Origin: Tubulanus polymorphus
Taxonomy: Eukaryota; Animalia; Nemertea
DNA length: 64,000 nucleotides
Direction of reading: 5' to 3'
NCBI RefSeq assembly: GCF_964204645.1
Contig: NC_134028.1
Span: 24,734,345 to 24,798,344 of the forward strand
Shown: one piece after another, positions 28,901-41,000 of the stretch
Position numbering within the stretch: the stretch's first letter is position 1
Layout: every line of letters begins with the position of its first letter
The notes under the pieces: generated by a model
What the model was told of the DNA's origin: nothing
Database searches by the model: none
The model's input: only the letters and a program-made list of their open reading frames with translations
Program-made: the position numbers and the translations under genes

Positions 28901-31900
28901 TCGAATTGTGATATATCGCAATCGACCTCTTTACACAGATCATCAACGCGATTAAACTCGGCCGCTAAACGTCGCTGTTCTACGAGAGTTTCCGCTTTTG
29001 CTTTTTGTAAACGAATTTGCGTCCTGCAATAAACAACAGCCATAGCAGTTCAAATAAAACGAAACCATTTATTTTTGGTCGGGCCTTGTTTAGCACGATG
29101 TTTTCTGATGTTTCCTAAGCGAAAATATCTAGAGATATTATTTCAAAATTTCATCAACCATCAGTATGCGACAGCGTAGCACATGCAATAAGCCTAGGCG
29201 CTACCAGCCGGCCAACCACCCGAACCAACTGGTGAAAGTTTCGCCATCTTTCAGAATAAATCAGAACGAATTTGTCGCGATGACTAGTGCTACGCAGTGA
29301 AAAAGGTTAACATTGATTTGATTTTGATTACCTTTGTTGTCTTAAAGTTGATAATTTCTCGCGTAGTTTCGCGAGCTCTTCTTTGATTTGTTCGTGACTC
29401 GTCGCCACTTTACTGATGCGTTTTTTCTGAGCGCGTATCGAACTGAGGAATGGGTTCTCGGTCATCTCGAGAATATCTCGATCTTGATCGATCGTTCGTC
29501 CTAACAACAACAGAGAGACACAAAATATCATCATTACAATCGACAGAAAATTTGTCACACATTCACTGACTCAGGATCCCTACTGATCAGTCGTTCGTGG
29601 ATATAAGGAGTTTAAAAGGAGATAATTTCAAGGAAGCGTCTACATCACTTTTATCTCCCAATTACAGTAGACTCCTCTTAAATTGATACTTTTTATTTCG
29701 GTAAACCGTTAATTCAGTGGTTTTGTAAGCGATAATCATTATCAGCCTTAACAATGGTAACCGCCTAATTGGGCTAAATACAAATCATGGTCCATTTTGT
29801 AGCGATTTATGGCCATTTATTATACAACATAAAACTAGACAACAATTTCTAACTGCCTATTTCTCAAAAGTTCTAAAGAAGTTTCAGGCATTTTTCTTCA
29901 AACTAAAAGCAGTTTCAAGCACCTACAAAAGATTTTCTGTTTATGGAATGGAGGAGTTGTAAAGACACAACAAACGTAGGAGACAACGTCTGCGAGGGTA
30001 CTGTATCTCACTAACCGGTTGAGCAGTGTATAACCTCGGGCTCTGATTCACGTCTGGTAACAATGCGTTCGGTAGTCATGGCTTTCCGCGCGGCAGGCGT
30101 ATCTCTCATTATACGATCTCGCTGTCCGAGTGTGTACGACCTGAATACCGGACGATTGCGGTCTCCGAACCGGTACGAATGTTTCGCAGAGTCGCCTCCG
30201 ACGCCGCCGGTGTTGTTGTTGTTTTTACGAGTCGTCTGCACGTCCATCGATAGTCGATTAGTCGCCGCTGATAAATACTCCTCAACTTCCTGCAATTAAT
30301 ACAAATACGTTCTCAATGAGGACTACAAATCAAACTAAGCTTAATAAACCTTTTCATGAAACTGCACCTAGATCTGCTATAGGCCTACAGATCAGTAACC
30401 ATTGCAGGTAATTATTTATAATAGTTTCCTTTGAGTCATCTTCAGGACTACTCGGATAGTCATCTTCAGGAAAACAGGACTACTAGGATAGTCATCTTCA
30501 GGAATACATGACTACTAGGATAGTCGTCTTCAGGAATACAGGACTACTAGGATAGTCATATTCAAGAATAAAGGACTAGGATACAGTCGTAACGTTGAAT
30601 AGAATGAAATATTAGCTCAAAGGAAACATTTCAAACTTTATCTAATCATCACCGATGTAATGTAATTCTCTATACATTTATTTCACAATACAGACATAGA
30701 CATTTCATCTCTATCTCTAAAACACTTACTAAAGATAAACTCTTCTCATCTTTCTTTTCTTTCATGAACGGTGAATCGTAAACGTCGTCGTACTCGTTCT
30801 CAAGGTCGGTGATCGATTCCGACGTTTCTTCCTTGTCGAACTTCTCGTCGATGTAACAATATTCCATCGATTCCGGGTCGGTGTCGGTCGCGCAGCCGCC
30901 CGTCTCTTTCAACAGCAGACGTATCCAGTCGCTCATGTCTAACATCGTCGGAGCCTAAATGAATAAATTATGATAATAATGAGGCTTATGTAGCACTAAA
31001 TCCAGCCAGGCTTTGCTTCCATAAGTTGGTATTATAAATAGTACTCACCTCCATGAATATGCGATCGTTCGTATCGGTGATTTTAAACGTAAGATTCTGA
31101 TCGTTTTTGTCGTCGACGGGAATGATATCACAGCCGGAGAGTAACAGCGAGAATTCGGGATTGTTATCCGGCTGCGACAGGTCGTTTAACGTGTAAACCT
31201 CGAGGTTATTGCGACGGATCAGACACCACCGTTTCGACCAGTCAGTACTCTTACCCGGTATCATCACATTCAAGTTTCCTAAAAATGTACGAATACAAAA
31301 ATCCACCACAACGAAAATGTTTTCCCGGGTCCAATTCACAGCTTTTTCACATTTGACCTCATGTCTCTCCCAGTGAAAAATCCTTTCTAAACTGCTCCAT
31401 TCCATTTTAGAACAGACCAATTTTAGACCGAGCAGAAAGACATTTCTAGGCCGGTTAAAATTTTAAGATGGAACCTTTCATTGAGTTTGAAAGCATGTGT
31501 GAATGCATAACATTGACTTAAGTCCGTTCTGAATTGGTTCTTCCAGGTACTGGTCAAATCAAAATGGACTAACTAGCACTGGTGTGAACACGGCTTAGCA
31601 CTCACCTGATATAACAATGTCATCCGCCTCCTGGGCGTTGACAATGTCGGCTAGATCAACTGCCATTTTCATCACTTTCTTTCCTTTCTTTTTACCGAAC
31701 GTTCCGAGAAATTCAGTCAGTTGAGCACCAATTCCTTTCCTTCCTTTACCGTCCAAACCATCTACATCGACATCACATCAATCAATAAACACCCGTAATC
31801 AATACAAAAAAAATACCACAATAATTTCAGCCGAAAATGTATCAAGTTCTTGAGTAGGAGTATATATCAGAGTATACATCAAATTGGCGTAACCCTCAGA

Positions 31901-34900
31901 GCTTGATCCTGGAACTGGCCAGTACACTCTTGGCTTGGCGTTTATGTGTATTACCTCTGGATGTACTGTTTGGCATACCACCAGGTCTCACTAAACCATC
32001 ACAGCTACCACTATCACTGCTCGAATAACCCATACTGGGAGACTTAGTTTCACACTGAAATATACGTCATCAAAAAACGCGATTACTGGCTGTAAAACGT
32101 CCCGAACTGACTATCTGGCATTTCTGTTTGGGAGTAGTTTGCAACACGAATGATTGTTATTTGACATCAAAAACCTGACTCCAACTGCTGAGAATCCAAT
32201 CAATTAACACACAGCCAAATACGTAAAACACAGATGGAAACTGTTTGATTTTACGCGTGATCTAGCAATCTCAACAAATTTCCCCGACTCTTCCCTGGTT
32301 TTTAGCTTTTTTACAAAATTCACGGACTTTTTTAAAGAAAAGAAATCTCCCTGCAGCCGGCAATAGTTTACGTTCATTGTTTGATTATGAAACAGATAAT
32401 ATACTTACAGGCTGACTAGTATTACATACACCACTGTCAGTACTACCAATACTAGTGTTTTTATTGTCCGTTTCCAGTGACGCAGTTGCAGCAACTCCAA
32501 GATGCTGAAACGGCAAGTCAACATTTAAATATTAATGATCGACGATTTATTCATACGATAAAGTATTCATGTAACAATGGACGGATATTTTCTCAAATAA
32601 CATCAGAAAAGAGCAAGTGAAATGGAAATCTAATATGTGGCAAGTGAGGATTCTGTAGGGATCAGCCTGCTATTCTAGTTTGCAGTAAGATATCAGTTAC
32701 TTAGGCAACCAATGATTCCAGTGGCAATTAAGGATCCGCCAGTCATCCACGCTTCATTCTACATTTCGATTGAAATTGAAGCAACTTTTTCTCTTTAACC
32801 CTTTCAGTGCATCTACACTGGAGTGCGGTGTATAAATCGATGATGGACTTTGCTTGTACACCGCAATGCGGTGTATTGATTTAGTTAGTAGTTTGTTTTT
32901 ATCTCAATTGAAAGATGGCAGAAACTGCCAAACGGTACAGTAATTAATACAACACACCGCACCACGGTGTAGACAGTAAAATGCTGGAGATGGCGGTTTT
33001 CCACGGTCTTACTATTGGCATTTTCTAATTTAGGGAAATATTTTTAAAAAGCGAAATTTCACACTCCGCATTAATAAGATTAACCCTTTCAGTGCTGGCT
33101 AATTAATACCCTATAGTGCTGAGAAGATAAATTTGAAAATTCTGAAAAAAGTGCGTAAACATTTTCATTTAAATACGTTTATATAAGGTTTACCTGCATC
33201 CAGTGGTCGGCTTTATCCTTCGTTTCCGTGCTGAGAAAGTGCGTTTCTAAACCGGGAAACGAAAGTCGGATGACGTTGTTTCGTTTGCCGTCTTTATCGA
33301 GATACGTGACGTCGTAGCCGTACACGGCGATATCCAACAACGGTTTATTATCCTTCTCGTTTTTATAGCAAACCAAACGCGCGTTGTTGATTCCGCACCA
33401 GCGTAATTTCGTCCATTTGTTCTTCAGTTTGTAATACGCCTCGCCGAGGCAGTACGCGTTCACGAGGCTCTTCACGCCGAAATCTTGCATCGATCGACGC
33501 GTCGTTTTCTTCGATTTTCTGTAGCAAGAAAAACAATTTCAACTACCATAAAATGTATATGAACTGCTACTGGTATAGTACCTTAGATCTGAAACGCTAT
33601 TGCAATGTATTCAGACTTGTTTGGAAGAGTGAAAGTCTAAAGGTAACCTTGGTTTAAGGCAGATTGGGGTAGTCAAAGTGTGAAGGGGTGTTGCCTAATT
33701 CAGGGCTGAAGGGGGCGGTGAATGTCTAGGAGGCTGTTTAAGGCTGAAGGGGTGTAGCCTAGTTCAGGGTTGAAGGTGGCGGTGAATGTCTAGGAGGCTG
33801 TTAAAGGCTGAAGGGGTGTAGCTAATTCAGGGCTGAAGGGGGTGGTGAATGTCTAGGAGGCTGTTTAAGGCTGAAGGGGTGTAGCCTAGTTCAGGGTTGA
33901 AGGTGGCGGTGAATGTCTAGGAGGCTGTTTAAGGCTGAAGGGGTGTTGCCTAATTCAGGGCTGAAGGGGGCGGTGAATGTCTAGGAGGCTGTTTAAGGCT
34001 GAAGGGGTGTAGCCTAGTTCAGGGTTGAAGGTGGCGGTGAATGTCTAGGAGGCTGTTTAAGGTTGAAGGGGTGTAGCCTAATTCAGGGCTGAAGGTGGCG
34101 GTGAATGTCTAGGAGGCTGTTTAAGGCTGAAGGGGTGTAGCCTAATTCAGGGCTGAAGGGGCAGTGAATATCTAGGAGGCTGTTTAAGGCTGAAGGGGTG
34201 TAGTTCAGAACTGCAGATATTTCGACATCGAGGTTCAATGGATTTAGCGGTACAGCGAGAATGAGTAGAAATGACTTACTTGACTCTAGGTTCACCGCTG
34301 CACTCTCCATCCATCGGCTCATACGACGTGTTACTGTCATCTGAATGTTCGCCGGATTTCTCCTCAACCGGAATCGGAATCTCATAAAAATTCTCATCAT
34401 CAGCACCACTAAAACATAACACGATCAATATCAATATCGAAATATTCTATACACATGTCGATATAGAATACAGATTATTTGAACTGTGGATCAGTGACCA
34501 GTTGCACTGTCAGGACTTAATCGAAGCACATATTGGTTCTATCACCATTCCAACAACTTATGACTGTCTTATGATTTAGAAACTTTTGCCTAAGTGATAA
34601 CTCAGCACTTCATCCTGGGCTTAGGGCTCATCTCGGGCTCAGGTATTGTTGACTTACTTTTCATCAAATTTCACAACATCGTAATCCTGATACGTCGGTT
34701 CCGCTTGCGGTTTTCCGTGGCTTTTGATACTTGGATTAGGACTCTGAAAATATACGTAAAATCAATTCGATAACTTACTTACGACAGAAGAAATAGCGAT
34801 ATCGATTTTTAAGTTTAGCTTAATTCCCAGGCAACGAACAACACCTTCGAGCAATACACTATAATTCTTAATGTCAATATCGTTCATTATCTCGGTCGGC

Positions 34901-37900
34901 ATTCTTACGGGGAAGGATAATTTTTAGAAAATCGATCGCGCTTTTATCCAGACTTCTATAGATCGTATATCTATTTTTGAGTTAGCGCATCACGTGTAGA
35001 TTTTACCACGTCACGTAGCCTATCACAGCCTATGACTATATTTAGAAATATCGACAAGGAAAAAGCTGAACGAAGGCATTTGAATAGGCTGTATTATTGA
35101 TTTGATCAGGGTTCTTAAGGGATTCCCAATTTCATTTTCCATACCCCTAAGTTACACATGGTCAACCTAGAACAGGCAACGTAGGCCCATTCAAAGTAAT
35201 ATAATAAGTGCCAATTATCGATTGCATCGACAAAGTGTTTTCTGAAAGTATGGTTATCAAATGTGTAATAAGACATTTAGGCATACAGCCTAAAATTCAA
35301 AATAGAAGGAAAATTATATTTTGAGACCATTTTATGATTTTTCATAGCCATAGAGAAAAAAAAAAACCAAAATTTCCATGGCTTTTCCAGGCACTGGATA
35401 AAATTCCCATTCTCCAAAACCTCCCAAGACTTTCCAAAACCCGTAAGAACCCTGTTTGATGTAGCTAGCAGTCAGTATTACTCGCACCGGTGGAGGTAGA
35501 TATAATAAGTTCGATGAGACTTTCAGAACTCGTTGGTTATAATGATGATTACTACTGAAATCGACTCGCTCAATTACAGACAGATGTTCGTTCTAAGCGT
35601 AGCAAGCTGTTCTATGATTAGACAGGTTAAATACATATTTATATTCCGAAAAAATTTCCTTCCAGATGATATCTATTTTATACTTAGGAGTGCTAAAACT
35701 ACTGACTTTAATATACCAGATATAACAACAAAATGCATATGTATTTGTAGTAGAGGTCTGTTCAGAGAGTATTTATGCAAAATATTGCTGATTTGCAACT
35801 GCCAACCTCTGGAAAGTGCTGTAAGTAAGAAGTTGAATGTTTTTTAAGGAATATTTCATTGAAATATGAAAGAAAATGTTCATATTAATCCCTTATCAAC
35901 AGCAAGACCCTCAGACCATTCACGATAAAGACCGATCCTCATCCAGGTTCATTCTAAATCTTACAATGGGCCATATCTCTGTCCACCTTCTATCAATCAC
36001 AGTATTGTGTGTAGCACGGACTCATTGACTTTGGTCTGTTTAAGTATGGGCCAAATAAGAACTAACTAACTAGAGTCTGTACGCAGGTCAAGTTGCTTTA
36101 GAAAAGTATGATCAGCCAAATCTGAGGCTCTTCACCAACCACCAGAGATTGTTTGTTTTCATTCGAGTTCTTATTGCCGTTTACCTTTTGTGGAGGAGTT
36201 GTATTAATATTGCGATTAAGAGGACTCGTCCACGGGTCATCGTACGACAGAGCTGGAAGAGATGCACGACCTGCTCGTACTGGCACTTCTAGAAAATGAG
36301 ATACAAGAAAACATGACAATCTTTAAAAGAAGCTTTGGACCGAGCTTTCTAAAACATTTGATAAGTTATCTGTGATCTTCTAATGTATATCATCCAGGCT
36401 CCGCCCAGGATTTCCCAGAGACATTTGAATTGGAAATGAACTAAAAATACCAAAACTGATCTTCCACACTTAACATGTGTTCAGTGCTTTCCAATTGAAA
36501 TTGACATTTCCAATTGAAAAGTGAACTACAAACTGCAAACACACTTTCAAAAACGGATCCACATTTCCACGTAGGTGTGAATATCCTGAGGATGGAGCCA
36601 GGCTGCAGATGTCGAGGAGGTTTTACATTTCTTCAATGTACTACAAATCATGAATTTTCAAGATTGAATGGAACAAAGTAAAACTTACTGCTATCATTTC
36701 TAGGTGGAAGACTAGGTGGTACTTGTGGTTTTTTACTGCTAGATGTCACAGTCGCAGGTGACGCTGCTGCTGCTGCTGCTGCTGTTGTTGGTTTTGAATT
36801 TGATGTCGTCGATGATTGTTTCAATGTTTCGATACTCTCCGCGTAGTAGACGCGTTTACGTTCCGTCACTACCGATAATTTCTCTTTCGCCAAAATGCGG
36901 CAGATGAAATCCTCAATTCCGGGCAGCTTTTCTACAAAAACAGATAAATGAATAATGATAATAAATATAGCTGCAAAGCAGCGATAACTAGTAGTTTATT
37001 CAACGTTTCGACTATATCCTAGTAGTCATCTTCAGGATTTCTAATAATACTAGGATATAGTCAAAACATTAAATAAACTACTAGCTCAAGGCAACATTTT
37101 CAGACTGTATTTTTTGTTATCGTAGTGGGATTTTCTTAATATCATCGTCTCAACACACGCATATAGAGTCTTATTATTGGTGAGCCATGAAAGTCTATCG
37201 TATTTTCGATATGTGATGATATTTTCTATGCCCGATGTATTAAAAATACATGCAATACGATCACTTTCTAAGATAATCCGCTGCTACGCCAAATGGAAGC
37301 TCACCTGAAAAAATTCTTACGCCGAAAGAAATTGGACAGATTTTCTTCGGCAGCAATTCTTAGTAATTTCTCAAATTCTACGTATGAAGATTTTCTCTCT
37401 CAACAGCAATAACAAGAAATGTGACAATATTTTGCTCCGACAGATTCAATGGAGCTTCACAGTTATGTTTGGAGGATAGAAGTGCTCAGTAGTAGGAAGT
37501 ATAAAAACAAGCTTTGATAAAAGTAAAAAAGATCTCATTACTGGCGACTGGGTCAGGTTTATCTGAGTCATCGAGATGATAAAATGGAAGCCGATACGTC
37601 AACATTCTCAACACGTTGATTTTATTGATCGAAGACGACGACCGACGACGAGGTGTCGTTATCTCTTACCATTACACAGTGAGTCAATACTCACAACATG
37701 AGCAAACCACCTGTGAGGAACGCACATTCACAGCAGACACTGACAACCTGCCAGACACTCATGAGTGGCAACAACCAGTGAGGCACGGACACTCACAGCA
37801 GACACTGACAACCTGCCACACACTCATGAGTGGCAACAACCTGTGAGGAACGCACACTCACAGCAGACACTGACAACCTGCAGGAGTTTTATCAGACTGA

Positions 37901-38010
37901 CACTCATGAGTGGCAACAATGTGTGAGGCACTGACACTCGTGTGTGACAACAACCTGCGAGGTACGGCAGACAGCAGTTTACTCTGTTTGCAAGTGAATG
38001 GTATGACATC

Positions 38011-38047
<37 letters not shown>

Positions 38048-41000
38048 CCGTCGCTGTCATAGAAAAATTCAATCAATCGTTTTACGGTAAAAATGAAAAA
38101 TTGTCGCTTGATCCGTAAAACGTCTCATGAAATACGAGTTGATTCGATTGACTCGGTGCTTGTGTAATACAACATATATTCATTCAATCTGTACTGATAA
38201 CAGCTTTACTTCGCTCAGCCCTTACTTCGCTCAGCCTTACTTCGCTCAGCCTTACTTCGCTCAGCCCTTACTTCGCTCAGCCCTTACTTCGCTCAGCCCT
38301 TACTTCGCTCAGCCCTTACTTCGCTCAGCCCTTACTTCGCTCAGCCCTTACTTCGCTCAGCCCTTACTTCGCTCAGCCCTTACTTCGCTCAGCACTTACT
38401 TCGCTCAGCCCTTACTTCGCTCAGCCTTCACTTCCCTTAGCCCTTACTTCGCTCAGCCCTTACTTCGCTCAGCCTTTACTTCGCTCAGCCCTTACTTCGC
38501 TCAGCCCTTACTTCGCTCAGCCCTTACTTCGCTCAGCCTTCACTTCCCTTAGCCCTCACTTCGCTCAGCCCTTACTTCGCTCAGCCCTTACTTCGCTCAG
38601 CCCTTACTTCGCTCAGCCCTTACTTCGCTCAGCCCTTACTTCGCTCAGCCCTTACTTCGCTCAGCCCTTACTTCGCTCAGCACTTACTTCGCTCAGCCCT
38701 TACTTCGCTCAGCCTTCACTTCCCTTAGCCCTTACTTCGCTCAGCCCTTACTTCGCTCAGCCTTTACTTCGCTCAGCCCTTACTTCGCTCAGCCCTTACT
38801 TCGCTCAGCCCTTACTTCGCTCAGCCCTTACTTCGCTCAGCCCTTACTTCGCTCAGCCCTTACTTCGCTCAGCCCTTACTTCACTCAGCCCTTACTTCAT
38901 GGTTCTTAATCTCACTCCTTTACGCCTCTGTTCGCCGGTAAAAATTTTTCGAAACAAGATATGATGATGGCGTAGAACTTGGCGGTGGTAAAATGCATTA
39001 GTCGTCCCGGGAATTCAACCGGCGTTCCACCGAAACAATATTCAAGGAGTTCAGTTACTGAATGTCAATCGGTGTTCATGCATCGGCGCAAGATAAGGTG
39101 GAAGAGCTGAACAGTGATTCATCAGTTCACTCGAAGAATTGAAGAGAAGATCAGAAAGGAACTGAGCAGTAACATCAAACACGAGATGGATAATATACAG
39201 GATAACGACTATACCTCGATAATCTCTGCTGTCAAACTTTAAGTCTTATAAGTCTTTTTGTATTGAGCCATGAAACAATATTTCTGTAACAGCGAGGATT
39301 TGATGGGGCCTCGATTTGACGCCCGTTGCCTGATTCGGACCGGACTATAACCCGATATCTCTAATTGAAGTAGTCTTCATGAAAAATGAGAGCGACCTTG
39401 AAAATAGCAGTTTAATCGAAAATGAGTCAGAAATCATTTCGATTTTGAAAGTATTTTGAAATATTTGGGAGAAGTTGAGCTATCAAAAAGAGTAGAAACT
39501 GCTCCCAAATAGTCGTCATTGTTGTTAGATTGGCTATAGAACTGATCTGAAGTTGTTAGATTGGCTTCACTAAGATGGTCATGGACTGGTCTGAAGTCTA
39601 AGCTCAGACTATAGAACACCCCCCCCCCCCGAGTACTACAGCTCTTAGTAAACAATTTGACTATAACTGATTTTAATTCTTGAGTCAAACTTATTCTATT
39701 TCACATCAGCTCCTTAGCACAAGAGCTGCTTCAGCTCCTGTGCACCTGGATTCAGGAGCTTGAAGTGTAATAGAATATATGTCTTCGGTAAGAATGAAGT
39801 TGAGAGGGATTCTTCAGAGGTGGTCCCTTTCATATAGAAAATGCTACCACCTTTCAAGATGATCGCCATTAACGAGATCGATTAGATTACGAGCAGGAAA
39901 TGTACTTGGAAAATGAGCCGGTAAAGTATTACACGCGTGAATGACCACAGCGAAATGAGCATCATATACACACTATACCACTCTACACTAGAGAGAGAGA
40001 GAGAGGTCGCTAATTGCCTGAATAAGTTTCAATCACTGATTCTGAGAGAGGTTGTATGTATGCTATCAGAGCCCGGGGTGAAAACTTCCGACGACAATAA
40101 TAATTACATCATGTCTAACATTAGTACTAGAAGCAGGAAAACCTTCCCTGCCCAGTTGCACTGTTCCTAGGGATCAGGGAATCCAAAATTGCCTGCTATT
40201 TCTTTGATCTTAAGACCCGAAAATTCCCAGATTAAATCGTAAGATATCCTCAGTGGGAGCTGTTTTTATCAAGAGGTTCAGAACTTTGGAACTGGATCCT
40301 GATTTATTTTTACGGGGAAGAATAATTCCTGTAGATCACACAGATTTCACTGTAAGTGACAGTTTCTACTGCTACCAGTCTACAGTAGATCACACAGATT
40401 TCCCTGTGACAGTTTCTACTGCTACCAGTCTACAGTAGATCACACAGATTTCCCTGTGACAGTTTCTACTGCTACCAGTCTACAGTAGATCATACAGATT
40501 CCCCTGTGACAGTTTCTGCTGCTACCAGTCTACAGTAGATCACACAGATTTCCCTGTGACAGTTTCTACTGCTACCAGTCTACAGTAGATCACACAGATT
40601 CCCCAGTGACAGTTTCTACTGCTACCAGTCTACAGTAGATCACACAGATTTCCCTGTGACAGTTTCTACTGCTACCAGTCTACAGTAGATCATACAGATT
40701 CCCCTGTGACAGTTTCTACTGCTACCAGTCTACAGTAGATCACACAGATTCCCCTGTGACAGTTTCTAATGCTACAAGTCTACAGTAGATCATACAGATT
40801 CCCCAGTGACAGTTTCTACTGCTACAAGTCTACAGTAGATCACACAGATTCCCCTGTGACAGTTTCTACTGCTACAAGTCTACAGTAGATCACACAGATT
40901 CCCCTGTGGCAGTTTCTACTGCTACCAGTCTACAATAGATCACACAGATTCCCCTGTGACAGTTTCTACTGCTACCAGTCTACAGTAGATCACACAGATT

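Noticed and set aside
38127-38552. 141-aa ORF with FAQPLLRSALTSLSPY repeats
   Set aside because: It is the translation of the 16-bp minisatellite, with no splice or homology support.
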